Shown: in pieces, positions 28,305-37,857 of the stretch
Position numbering within the stretch: position 1 is the first letter of the stretch
Layout: each line of letters opens with the position of its first letter
Assembly (NCBI GenBank): GCA_030523305.1
Contig: JAUNIY010000002.1
Span: forward strand, 2 to 64,001
DNA length: 64,000 bases
Direction of reading: 5' to 3'
Origin: Eubacteriales bacterium
GTDB taxonomy: Bacteria; Bacillota; Clostridia; Oscillospirales; Butyricicoccaceae
Notes under the pieces: model-generated
Database searches by the model: none
What the model was told of the DNA's origin: nothing
Seen by the model: the letters and a program-made list of their open reading frames with translations, nothing else
Made by a program: the position numbers and the translations under genes

Positions 28305-29596
28305 GCCGTTTGTCCGCTCATCTGCGCCATCACGGCTCTTGCCGCGTCGACAGTGGCCTGTAAATCCTGCTGGGTGTGCGCCGCGCTGACAAACATCGCT
28401 TCAAACTGAGCCGGGGCCAGATAAACATTGTGCTCCAGCATTGCACGGAAATAGGCCGCATATTTTTGCGTATCGCTGGATTTTGCGCCGGTATAGTTGG
28501 TTACCGGTCGATCTGTAAAGAACACGCTGAGCAGCGAACCGATCTGATTGACCGTGCAGCCCACGTGATATTCGTTTTCCAGCTCCCGCAGCTGCTGCGC
28601 CAGCCATGCAGCATTGCGTTCGATCTGCGCATAGATTTCCGGCTGTTCGTTCAGCATGGTCAGCTGTGCCAGGCCCGCCGCCATGGCAACCGGATTGCCG
28701 GACAGCGTACCCGCCTGGTACACCGGGCCAGTGGGCGCCACCTGCTCCATCAGCTTCCGCGGGCCTGCAAATGCACCGACCGGCATACCGCCGCCGATGA
28801 TTTTGCCAAAGGTGACCAAATCTGCGCGCACGCCAAAATATTCCTGCGCACCGCCGCGCGCCAGACGGAAGCCGGTGATCACTTCATCAAAAATCAACAA
28901 CGCTTCATACTGGTCGCACAGCGCGCGCAGCCCCTGCAAAAAGCCCGCTTCCGGCGCGACCACGCCCATATTCGCCGCGACCGGCTCGACAATAACCGCC
29001 GCTACCTCTCCTTTGTTGGCGCAAAGCAGCTGCTCCACGCTTGCCAGATCGTTGTAGGTCGCCGTCAGGGTATGCTGTGCGATGGATGCAGGGACGCCCG
29101 CAGAATCCGGCCTGCCCTGCGTGAGCGCACCGGAACCTGCTTTGACCAGCATGGAATCCGAATGTCCATGATAGCAGCCCGCAAACTTGATGATCTTATC
29201 CTTACCTGTTGCGCCGCGCGCCACGCGTACTGCGCTCATCACAGCTTCCGTACCGGAATTGACCATACGCACCATGTCGATATCCGGTACCATCGAAACC
29301 ACCAATTCTGCCAACTGCGTTTCCCGTCCTGTGGGTGCGCCAAAGCTCAGGCCATCCCACATGCATTCCGCAACGGCAGACAGCACCTGCGGGTGTGCAT
29401 GTCCCAAAATCATCGGCCCCCAGGAACCGACATAATCAATATATTCGACATCATCCACATCGGTGATATACGCGCCCTTTGCGCTGCGGATAAACCGCGG
29501 CGCCACACCGACAGCACGATACGCACGCACCGGACTGTTCACACCGCCCGGCATCACCTCGCACGCCCGTGCAAACATGGTTTCAGAAATGCTCAT
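28301..29596 (-). CDS. hemL: Glutamate-1-semialdehyde 2,1-aminomutase
   Basis: PGGVNSPVRA, NSGTEA, GCYHGH, FDEVITGFR, GKIIGGG, YQAGTLSGNP. Confidence 0.97.
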   Translation of the reverse strand: MSISETMFARACEVMPGGVNSPVRAYRAVGVAPRFIRSAKGAYITDVDDVEYIDYVGSWGPMILGHAHPQVLSAVAECMWDGLSFGAPTGRETQLAELVVSMVPDIDMVRMVNSGTEAVMSAVRVARGATGKDKIIKFAGCYHGHSDSMLVKAGSGALTQGRPDSAGVPASIAQHTLTATYNDLASVEQLLCANKGEVAAVIVEPVAANMGVVAPEAGFLQGLRALCDQYEALLIFDEVITGFRLARGGAQEYFGVRADLVTFGKIIGGGMPVGAFAGPRKLMEQVAPTGPVYQAGTLSGNPVAMAAGLAQLTMLNEQPEIYAQIERNAAWLAQQLRELENEYHVGCTVNQIGSLLSVFFTDRPVTNYTGAKSSDTQKYAAYFRAMLEHNVYLAPAQFEAMFVSAAHTQQDLQATVDAARAVMAQMSGQTA

Positions 29597-30579
29597 TACC
29601 CGATATCCCCTTTCTTCATCGCCTGTGCCAGTTCCTTGGCATAATACGTAATCAGGATATCCGCACCGGCGCGATAAATGCTCAACGCAGATTCGCACAT
29701 AATGCGGTATTCATCCACCAGATCTGCGGCCGCCGCCGCTTTGATCATTGCGTATTCACCGCTGACGGAATACGCCGCGAGCGGCAGATCAAAGCGTTCC
29801 CGCGCTTTGGCAATGATGTCCAGATAACTCAGCGCGGGCTTGACCATGATAATATCCGCGCCTTCCTGGATATCCAGCTCGCATTCCAGCATCGCCTCGC
29901 GGCTATTGTGCGGATCCATCTGATAGGACTTGCGGTCGCCAAAGGATGGCGCGGAGCCTGCCGCATCTCGGAACGGGCCGTAAAAAGCCGAAGCATATTT
30001 TGCAGAATACGCCATAACCGGTACATTGGTAAAGCCGTTTTCATCCAGAATCGCACGGATCGCGCCGACGCGCCCATCCATCATATCGGACGGCGCTACC
30101 ATGTCCGCGCCCGCCTGCGCATGAGACAGTGCAATTTTGGCCAGGTATTCCAATGTCTGGTCGTTGTCAACGTCATGGCCGCACAAAATGCCGCAGTGTC
30201 CATGTGACGTGTATTCGCACATGCAGACGTCGGTGATGACATAAAAATCCGGATAATCCGCTTTGATAGCGCGGATCGCCTGCTGTACAATGCCATCCTC
30301 CGCCCATGCGCCGGAGCCGATTTCATCCTTGTGCGCCGGAAGGCCGAACAGGATGACCTTTTCCACACCGGCCTGGATGCATTCCTCAACCGCTTCGCCG
30401 ATGCGGTCGGGCGACCAGTGGTACTGTCCCGGCAAAGACGGGATTTCACGCTTGATATTTTCACCCGCAATGGCAAACAGCGGATAAATCAGGCTGGATG
30501 GCGACATCCGGGTTTCCCGCATCATGGAACGCAGCGTCGGCGATGTGCGCAGCCTGCGCGGACGGTTTTTGAGATTCAT
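29596..30579 (-). CDS. hemB: Porphobilinogen synthase (Zn-type)
   Basis: RPRRLR, DVCMCEYTSHGHC, APSDMMDG, MVKP, YSVSGEY. Confidence 0.97.
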   Translation of the reverse strand: MNLKNRPRRLRTSPTLRSMMRETRMSPSSLIYPLFAIAGENIKREIPSLPGQYHWSPDRIGEAVEECIQAGVEKVILFGLPAHKDEIGSGAWAEDGIVQQAIRAIKADYPDFYVITDVCMCEYTSHGHCGILCGHDVDNDQTLEYLAKIALSHAQAGADMVAPSDMMDGRVGAIRAILDENGFTNVPVMAYSAKYASAFYGPFRDAAGSAPSFGDRKSYQMDPHNSREAMLECELDIQEGADIIMVKPALSYLDIIAKARERFDLPLAAYSVSGEYAMIKAAAAADLVDEYRIMCESALSIYRAGADILITYYAKELAQAMKKGDIG

Positions 30580-32075
30580 CTATGATATTCCTCCTGTAAT
30601 GTTGTGAGCATTGCTTCAATGGTAGCATGTGCCGCAGTGATGGTACGCATACCGGCGGCTTTTGCCGCTTTTTCTGTGGACGGGCCAATACAAAGTGCCA
30701 AAAAGCCTGTCAGCTCCGTACCCTCCGGCAGGCTGTTGACAAAGCCGTGCACCGTAGATGCACTGGTAAACGTCACGTAATCGATCGCGCCGTCGGCCAG
30801 CAGCTGCGCCATCTCCTCACTGCGCCCGCTGCGGTACAGCGTGCGGTAAACCGGGACATCGTCAAACGATACGCACGCCTGTGCCAGCAGCTCCGGCAAC
30901 TCCGGCGCACCGATTTCCGCGCGCAGCATGAGCACACGCTCGCCTTCCTGCACCAGACGGATCAATCCTTCCGCCAAGTGAGCGGAATCATACACAGCCG
31001 GGATGTAATCCGCGCGCAGTCCGTGCTCTTCCAGCTTTTTGGCAGTCCCGGCGCCGATGACCGCTACCTTCATGTGCGCCAGGCTGCGCATATCCATATC
31101 GGCCGCGCGAAGCAGCTGCACCAGCACTTCCACGCCCGCCGGGCTGGTCAGCACAAGCCAATGGTATTGCTCGATGGCGGCCAACGCCTCGACTACGGGC
31201 ATATTTGGCCAGATGGTTTCGGTTTCAATGCACGGATATGAAATGACATCGGCACCCAGCTCCCGCAAGCGATGGGTCAACGTCCCGGCGCGCTGTCTGG
31301 GACGGGTGACCGCTACGGTCGCGCCATGCAGCGGCAGCTTGTCGTACCAGTCAAAAGCATCGGACAGCGCGCAGACCGCACCGACAATCAACACGGCCGG
31401 GCTGGAAATCCCAGCCTCCTGCATGGCCTGCGCCAGCGTGCCGACCGTCGCCACAACCTTGCACTGGCCCGGCAGCGTGCCGCGTTCTACCATAGCCGCA
31501 GGCATATCCGCAGACATGCCCGCCTGCTGCAAACCCGCCAAAATCATCGGCGCACTGCTGACACCCATCAAAAATACCAGCGTGCCCTTGTGGCGCACCA
31601 GCGCGTCAAAATCAAGATCCAGCTCCCCGCCAGCTTTTGCATGGCCAGTGATGATGTGCACCGAGGAAGCAAACGCCCGGTGCGTCACCGGAATGCCCGC
31701 ATAGGCCGGTACGGCAAGCGCACTGGTCACGCCCGGTATCACGGTAAAATCCACACCATTTTCCGCCAGCAGCTCCAGTTCTTCCCCGCCGCGGCCGAAC
31801 AAAAAGCAATCGCCGCCCTTCAGACGCACAACGCGCTTGCCCTCCTTCGCCTTTTCCAGCAGGATTTCATTGATGCGCCACTGTGGCACCGGATGGTGGC
31901 AGCTCCGTTTGCCGACGTCGATGCATTCCGCCTTGGGCGGCATCAACGCCAGAATTTCCGGCCCGACCAACCGGTCATATACCACAACATCGGCATCCAA
32001 AATGGCTTGCCGCCCCTTCACAGTCAGCAGCCCAGGATCGCCCGGGCCTGCGCCGACCAATGTGACATGTCCCAT
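30576..32075 (-). CDS. cobA/hemD: Fused uroporphyrinogen-III C-methyltransferase / uroporphyrinogen-III synthase
   Basis: VGAGPGDPGLLT, RLKGGD.FLFGRGGEE; C-terminal VTRP, LTSPAGV, FTSASTV, CIGPST. Confidence 0.95.
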   Translation of the reverse strand: MGHVTLVGAGPGDPGLLTVKGRQAILDADVVVYDRLVGPEILALMPPKAECIDVGKRSCHHPVPQWRINEILLEKAKEGKRVVRLKGGDCFLFGRGGEELELLAENGVDFTVIPGVTSALAVPAYAGIPVTHRAFASSVHIITGHAKAGGELDLDFDALVRHKGTLVFLMGVSSAPMILAGLQQAGMSADMPAAMVERGTLPGQCKVVATVGTLAQAMQEAGISSPAVLIVGAVCALSDAFDWYDKLPLHGATVAVTRPRQRAGTLTHRLRELGADVISYPCIETETIWPNMPVVEALAAIEQYHWLVLTSPAGVEVLVQLLRAADMDMRSLAHMKVAVIGAGTAKKLEEHGLRADYIPAVYDSAHLAEGLIRLVQEGERVLMLRAEIGAPELPELLAQACVSFDDVPVYRTLYRSGRSEEMAQLLADGAIDYVTFTSASTVHGFVNSLPEGTELTGFLALCIGPSTEKAAKAAGMRTITAAHATIEAMLTTLQEEYHR

Positions 32076-32076
32076 A

Positions 32077-32961
32077 CTATCCCTCGCTTTTCATTCGCAG
32101 CGCCAGCTCCGCTGCATATGCGGCGGCATCGGCCCGCGGGCAGGTTATGGTTTCGATGCGGGAATGCATCCGGTCTTCTGTGACATACAGACCGGTCAGC
32201 CGGACGGTATCGGCATCCGCCAGCTGCGCAAACGCCGCCACCGGCGACGAGCAGCCGCCATCCAGCGCGCGGATAAACGCACGCTCAGCCAGCGCACAAT
32301 CCCATGCATACGCATCGTGAAATTTTAACAAAATATCGCAATCAAAGCCCTGTCGCGCCTGCACAGCAAGAATGCCCTGGCAGGCGGAAGGGAGGATTTC
32401 TTCCGGTGTAAAAACGTGATGGATGCGCCGTTCTAACCCGAGGCGGCGCAAGCCCGCCTGCGCCAGAATCAATGCACCGTATTCCCCGCTGTCCAGCTTG
32501 CGCAAACGCGTCTGGATATTGCCGCGCACAGGCTTCACCGCAATGCCGGGATACAGCCTTTGTATCTGCACCGTGCGGCGCGCGGAGGCGCAGCCCACCG
32601 GCTTGGTTTGATCCCACTGCGTACAGCCCTCCGGCAGTACCAGCACGTCATACGGCGTTTCCCGCCGGGAAACCGCGACAAGCGGTAACCGTTCGTCCAA
32701 CTGCGTTGGCAAATCCTTCATCGAGTGTACGGTCAGGTCAACGGCTCCGGCCAGCAGCGCGCGATCAAGCTCTTTGACAAACAGCCCTTTGCCGCCGACT
32801 TTGTCCAGCGTCCGATCCAGGATTTTGTCGCCGATCGTTTTCATCGTGACCAACTGCACATCTACATCGGGATTGCAAGCACGGATGGCATCAATGACGA
32901 TTTCACTTTGGATAACCGCCAGCTTGGAATCCCGGCTTCCTACACGGATGGTTCTGCGCAT
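32077..32961 (-). CDS. hemC: Hydroxymethylbilane synthase
   Basis: VGSRDSKLA, KGLFVKEL, VHSMKD, RGNIQTRL, AERAF...GGCSSP. Confidence 0.96.
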   Translation of the reverse strand: MRRTIRVGSRDSKLAVIQSEIVIDAIRACNPDVDVQLVTMKTIGDKILDRTLDKVGGKGLFVKELDRALLAGAVDLTVHSMKDLPTQLDERLPLVAVSRRETPYDVLVLPEGCTQWDQTKPVGCASARRTVQIQRLYPGIAVKPVRGNIQTRLRKLDSGEYGALILAQAGLRRLGLERRIHHVFTPEEILPSACQGILAVQARQGFDCDILLKFHDAYAWDCALAERAFIRALDGGCSSPVAAFAQLADADTVRLTGLYVTEDRMHSRIETITCPRADAAAYAAELALRMKSEG

Positions 32962-34133
32962 CGGTTTTCCTCCTCCCGTAAAACTGCCTCGATGGCGTGC
33001 GCTGTGCGCGCCGTTTTCTTGTGATCGCTGCCATCGGACACCACGCCAACCGACAGCCCCGCACCCGTGCGTACCGCCGGGAAGAAAAAGGTGCATTCGT
33101 CCCGATTGTCCGCCGTGCTGACAAAAATACCGCGCTCCATGCACAGCTCATAAATGCGGTGGTTGATCGCTCTGCAATCGGTTGCGGCCGCGACCAGAAA
33201 GGCCCCGTCCAAATCCCCGGGACAAAATTCCCGTGTCAGACGACGCGCGCCCTGCGGCGTCTCCCCTTCGGGAGCGACCACCGTGACATCCGCGCCATAC
33301 CGCAGCAAAACCGCAGCCCGATGCGCACCGATGTTCCCGCAGCCGACCACCAGACACCGTTTCCCGGTCAAATCGACAAACAACGGAAAACGCGGAGGTG
33401 CCTCAGAAAGCAGCAGATCGCGCACCGCCTCCGGCGTCATGCCATCCTCCTGCGGGCGATCTATCAGGATTACCGTGCAGCCGCACGCCTTTGCCGCCGC
33501 CAGCTTTTCCGGCAAACCGCCCGCCGTGCCGGTGTCCTTTGTCACCAGCCATTGCGCGCCGCAGGTATGCAGCAGCGCGGTATTGAGTTCCTGTGAAAAC
33601 GGCCCCTGCATCATGATGATATGCGCCGCTGGAAAGCCAAGCTGCTTGCAAATATCGAGCGAAGCCGCCGCAGGCAACACCCTGGGCCACAGCCGCTGCG
33701 CATAATCCGGCACCGCAGTAAAGCAATGCAGCTCCTTGCTGCCGACAGTCAACAGCACGGCGCCCTGCGTTCCCGCCAGGTATTCCGCCGCCTCCGATGC
33801 GCTTCCGACGCGGACAACGCCCTCCGCCTGCGTCCTGGGGCGCAGCAGCCGGATGTATCGGCAGCCTGCCGCCTGGCACGCCTGCCGGATGTTTTGGCTC
33901 ACCTCCACAGCATATGGATGCGTGGCATCGACAGCCAACGCCGCCCCCTGCAAAAAGTCCGTCATCTGCTGCGCCGTCATGCGCCCGGTGTGCACCGTAA
34001 TGCCCGGCATTTCCGTCAGGACGGCTTTGCCGTATTCCGTGGCCACGCACACCGTTGCGCACAGACCAGCCTGCGACAACTGCTCACACAGCGTCCTTCC
34101 TTCACTTGTTCCAGCAAAAATAATCCGCTTCAT
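32940..34133 (-). CDS. cbiJ: Cobalt-precorrin-6A reductase fused to a SirC/Met8/CysG-N-like precorrin-2 dehydrogenase domain
   Basis: N-terminal FAGTSEG, DATHPYA, GPFSQELN, TKDTG; C-terminal (approx 32940-33395) FPLFVDLTGKRCLVVGCGNIG, AATD, ADNRDECTFFFPA. Confidence 0.9.
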   Translation of the reverse strand: MKRIIFAGTSEGRTLCEQLSQAGLCATVCVATEYGKAVLTEMPGITVHTGRMTAQQMTDFLQGAALAVDATHPYAVEVSQNIRQACQAAGCRYIRLLRPRTQAEGVVRVGSASEAAEYLAGTQGAVLLTVGSKELHCFTAVPDYAQRLWPRVLPAAASLDICKQLGFPAAHIIMMQGPFSQELNTALLHTCGAQWLVTKDTGTAGGLPEKLAAAKACGCTVILIDRPQEDGMTPEAVRDLLLSEAPPRFPLFVDLTGKRCLVVGCGNIGAHRAAVLLRYGADVTVVAPEGETPQGARRLTREFCPGDLDGAFLVAAATDCRAINHRIYELCMERGIFVSTADNRDECTFFFPAVRTGAGLSVGVVSDGSDHKKTARTAHAIEAVLREEENRCAEPSV

Positions 34134-34858
34134 TTGTTTTCATACCCTCTCGGCGTGACGAGTTTACCATGGATCACCCTGGTCTGGCTGTTGCCGATGA
34201 ATACCGTTGTGAACATATCCACGTTGGTATCACGCAGCTGTGCCAGCGTACAAACGGCATGCTGCTCGCCGTCCCGTCCGATGTTGCGCACAGTACCGCA
34301 CGGCGTATCCGCCGCTTTGCTCTTGAGCAGGATGTCACATGCCTTTTGCAGATAATCCGCACGCTTGCGGCTGGATGGGTTGTACAGGCAGATGCAAAAA
34401 TCCGCCTGCGCCGCCAAATCCAGACGCTTTGCAATCGTCTCCCACGGCGTCAGCAGGTCGCTCAGGCTGATGACCGCAAAATCATGCATCAGCGGCGCAC
34501 CCAGCACCGCCGCGCCGCCGCACGCCGCCGTAATCCCCGGGATGACTTCGATTTCCAATTCCGGATACGCGGCGCACACCTCATGCATCAGCCCCGCCAT
34601 ACCATACACCCCGGCATCGCCGGAACAGACCATCGCAACCGTCTTTCCGCGCAGCGCGGCGTCGCGCGCCTGTACGCAGCGGTCAATTTCCTGCCGCATC
34701 GGCGTCTGTAATATTTCCTTATCGCCGATGTAATCGCGTACCAGATCCATATATACGGTGTAGCCCGCGACAATATCACTTTTTCGTATGGCATCCAGCG
34801 CGCGCGGCGTCATCTGATCCGCGCCGCCCGGCCCAATGCCAATGACATACAGCTTCAT
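34130..34858 (-). CDS. cbiH: Cobalt-precorrin-3 C17-methyltransferase
   Basis: LYVIGIGPG, SGDAGVYGMA, PLMHDFAVISLSD, LYNPSS, TPRGY. Confidence 0.96.
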   Translation of the reverse strand: MKLYVIGIGPGGADQMTPRALDAIRKSDIVAGYTVYMDLVRDYIGDKEILQTPMRQEIDRCVQARDAALRGKTVAMVCSGDAGVYGMAGLMHEVCAAYPELEIEVIPGITAACGGAAVLGAPLMHDFAVISLSDLLTPWETIAKRLDLAAQADFCICLYNPSSRKRADYLQKACDILLKSKAADTPCGTVRNIGRDGEQHAVCTLAQLRDTNVDMFTTVFIGNSQTRVIHGKLVTPRGYENK

Positions 34859-36090
34859 GTCGTCCTCCTGTCCCGCAGCTGCGGCGCTTTGCGCAGCATG
34901 GTTTCCCGGCAAGTGCGTAGCGCATGGTCGGACAACTCCCCCTGTAAGCTGCTGAGCAGCAACCGCGCGGTTTTTTCCGCCGCCAACCGCGCCGCCTGCT
35001 CCATCTTGTCCGCTGTCTGTTCGTCTTCCCCCGCCGACAGCACGGCAAGGTCATAGCCGGTTGCAATGCGTTCGCTGGCAAGCCGCCCCAGCTCATCCAT
35101 CAGCGGCAGCGCTTTTCGATATGCCTTCCAGCGCAGCAGCTCCGCCATTTCCTCATCAATGATGTCGTGTACCTGCTTGCAGCTGTCCACATCGACCTGC
35201 GCATCACGCCCGCCCATGCTGTCCATATCCAGGAAAACCTGTACGCCGGGCAGGTGGCGGATCGCCGGGTCAATGTCACGCGGGATCGACAGGTCACAAA
35301 CCGCATCAGGCACGCGCGCAAGCGTCTCCATGCTCTCCCGCGTGACGGTATAATGTGGGCTTGTGGTCGCGCTGAGCAAAATATCGCACTGCGGCACGGC
35401 CGTCATGCGTTCGTCATATGCAATGGTCCCACAGCCCGCCGGGACAACCGTCTGCCCACGCCGGTAAGAGCGCAGCGTCACAGTAACCTGACAGCCTGCC
35501 GCCACCAAAAGGCTGGAAGCAAGCCGCCCCATCTCACCATTGCCAATGACCAATGCACGCTTTCCTCTAACATCCCCTATCGTATCTTTGAGCAGCGCAA
35601 CCGCCTGTCCTGCAACCGAAAGCGGCGCTGCGGAAAGCCGTACCTGTGTGCGGCTGCGCTTGCCTGCGGTCGCCGCCAGACGAAACAGCTGGCTGAGCAC
35701 GGCGTCGGTTGTCCCGGCTTCATGCGCGATCTGGTACGCGCGTTTGACCTGCGACACAATTTGATCTTCCCCTAAAATCTGCGAACACAGACCGCACGCA
35801 ACCTCCATCAGATGCCGCTCCGCTTCCTCCGCCGTGCGTTCGGAAAACAGATGCTCCGCGCCCGCTTCCCCTGCCGCCCGGCACAGGATTTCAGCCGGCT
35901 TGCATGCGCCGTTTCCACTGAGATAGATTTCCGTCCGGTTGCAGGTTGACAGCAGCACGCAGCCATCGACACCCGCAACATCGGCAATCTGACGGCACAT
36001 CCGTTCTACCTGGCTGTTTGTGAACGAAAATGCTTCCCGCTTGTCCATATTCGCATGTTCCCAGTCGATTCCAGCCATGCAAATGCTCAA
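34855..36090 (-). CDS. hemA: Glutamyl-tRNA reductase
   Basis: TTG start overlapping the cbiG stop; LSTCNRTE, GEDQIVSQ, IGNGEMG, DLSIPRDI. Confidence 0.94.
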   Translation of the reverse strand: MSICMAGIDWEHANMDKREAFSFTNSQVERMCRQIADVAGVDGCVLLSTCNRTEIYLSGNGACKPAEILCRAAGEAGAEHLFSERTAEEAERHLMEVACGLCSQILGEDQIVSQVKRAYQIAHEAGTTDAVLSQLFRLAATAGKRSRTQVRLSAAPLSVAGQAVALLKDTIGDVRGKRALVIGNGEMGRLASSLLVAAGCQVTVTLRSYRRGQTVVPAGCGTIAYDERMTAVPQCDILLSATTSPHYTVTRESMETLARVPDAVCDLSIPRDIDPAIRHLPGVQVFLDMDSMGGRDAQVDVDSCKQVHDIIDEEMAELLRWKAYRKALPLMDELGRLASERIATGYDLAVLSAGEDEQTADKMEQAARLAAEKTARLLLSSLQGELSDHALRTCRETMLRKAPQLRDRRTT

Positions 36091-37103
36091 AATACAATCC
36101 TCCAATCCTCGCAATACAACGATATGGTCATACCGTCTTGCGCCGTTTTCTGTAGCAGGCAGCGTCCGCCTCGGGACGCCTTTGCCGCCGCACGCTGGCA
36201 TACATTGTCTGTCCCGGTGACCCGCCGTACAAATTCCGACGGCGAGAAATCCCCTTGTACCTGTTCCAGCTCCTGTGCGGTATAAAACTGCACCGGTACA
36301 TGCCATGCTTGCGCCAAGCGGCACACCGCCGCCTCATCCCGCTTCAAATCAATCGAGGCCACAGAAGCCACAGCGCGTATATCGATCTTCTCACGCTCCA
36401 ACACCTGCCGCGCCCAGCGCGCAAGCGCGTCCGGCGGTGTATTTCGCTTGCACCCTAAGCCCACATGTACAATGCGCGGCGTCAGATACAGCGTATGCGC
36501 AAATGGGCCGTCGTCGCGGCGATCCATCGAAATCTCCACACCATATGTCAGCGAAAGATCCGTGGCTATGCCGTCCGGCAACGCGCCCGAAACCGGGAAA
36601 GTGCTGTGCAAACCCACCTGTTCCCCACGCAGCAGCGCGCCGGAAATGTCCTTGATGGCATTGATATTGCGCACGACACAGTTGTGTTCGGCTGCCCAGC
36701 TGTCCACAGCAAAGATCCCGCGACCATCGGTTGCCGTCGTGATGACCGGAACAGCGCCCAGCGCCAAAGCAAGCCGCTGCACCAAACGGTTTGCGCCGCC
36801 GATATGCCCGGACAGCAGCGAAATGACAAACCGTCCGTTTTCATCGATGACGAGAACCGCGGGGTCGGTGTCCTTGCTCTGCACAAACGGCGCGATGGCC
36901 CGCACCGCAATACCAGTCGCGCCGACAAACACAATGGCATCTGCATGTCCCATCGCATATTGTGCAAAGCTTCGGACGGTTTCATACCTCTGGAATCCCG
37001 CCGCTTTTGCATATAATTGTACCTGTTCTTCCGGCAATTGCGCGGCAATGCTCCTGCTCAGCGCACGCCCGCGGTCTGTGAACGCGATGACATCGATATT
37101 CAT
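36087..37103 (-). CDS. cbiG: Cobalt-precorrin-5A hydrolase
   Basis: ATGIAVRAIAP, KDTDPAVLV, SGHIGGAN, VITTATD, GLGCKR. Confidence 0.95.
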   Translation of the reverse strand: MNIDVIAFTDRGRALSRSIAAQLPEEQVQLYAKAAGFQRYETVRSFAQYAMGHADAIVFVGATGIAVRAIAPFVQSKDTDPAVLVIDENGRFVISLLSGHIGGANRLVQRLALALGAVPVITTATDGRGIFAVDSWAAEHNCVVRNINAIKDISGALLRGEQVGLHSTFPVSGALPDGIATDLSLTYGVEISMDRRDDGPFAHTLYLTPRIVHVGLGCKRNTPPDALARWARQVLEREKIDIRAVASVASIDLKRDEAAVCRLAQAWHVPVQFYTAQELEQVQGDFSPSEFVRRVTGTDNVCQRAAAKASRGGRCLLQKTAQDGMTISLYCEDWRIVF

Positions 37104-37855
37104 GTATCCGCCTCGCGGCATCCATGCGCAAACGACGGGTCATACAGCTTGGACCGTTCATATTGCCCGCCCAAAAAACCGCCGACGGTAATCAATGCCG
37201 TCTGACGGATACCGTTTTCCTGCGCCGTTTGCTCCAATCCCGCAATCGTCGTGCGGAACACCTTTTCCTCCGGCCAGGTCGCCTTATACACAATCGCTGC
37301 GGGCGTTTCCGGCGCATAGCCGCCCGCGATCAGCTCTTCGGCCAGCTTGCCAAGCATCCCGGCAGACAGGAACAGCACCATTGTACTGCCATGTGCCGCC
37401 AGTGCGCGGATGGATTCGCGTTCCGGCACCGGCGTGCGGCCCGCCATTCGGCTCAAAATGACAGTCTGGCTGACATCCGGCAACGTATATTCCGCCCGCA
37501 ACGCTGCCGCCGCGCCGCAAAAGGAGGAAACCCCAGGGCATACGTCATACGTGACGCCATGCGCTTCCAGTATATCCATCTGTTCGCGGATGGCACCGTA
37601 AATCGACGGATCGCCGGTGTGCAGACGCACAACCTCCTTACCAGCCCGCGCCGCCGGGAGCATTACCTCCATGACCTGCTCCAATGACATGGACGCGCTG
37701 TTATACACGGCGCATCCAGCTTTTGTACGTGTCAAATGCGCCGGATTGACCAGAGAACCGGCGTATACAACAACATCCGCTTGCTCCAGCAGCTTCGCGC
37801 CGCGAATCGTAATCAAATCCTCCGCTCCCGGGCCTGCCCCAACAAAATGAATCAT
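37100..37855 (-). CDS. cbiF: Cobalt-precorrin-4 C11-methyltransferase
   Basis: FVGAGPG, YAGSLV, RLHTGDPSIYGA, SQTVIL, SKLYDPSF. Confidence 0.96.
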   Translation of the reverse strand: MIHFVGAGPGAEDLITIRGAKLLEQADVVVYAGSLVNPAHLTRTKAGCAVYNSASMSLEQVMEVMLPAARAGKEVVRLHTGDPSIYGAIREQMDILEAHGVTYDVCPGVSSFCGAAAALRAEYTLPDVSQTVILSRMAGRTPVPERESIRALAAHGSTMVLFLSAGMLGKLAEELIAGGYAPETPAAIVYKATWPEEKVFRTTIAGLEQTAQENGIRQTALITVGGFLGGQYERSKLYDPSFAHGCREADT

Positions 37856-37857
37856 TG

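Noticed and set aside
25732-36324. Long N-terminal extensions in the ORF track (cbiA, hemL, hemC, hemA, cobS, cbiP; also ilvB and prfC) as novel domains
   Set aside because: True starts lie downstream at RBS-supported ATG/GTG/TTG codons that overlap upstream stops; the extensions are alternative frames of neighbouring genes.
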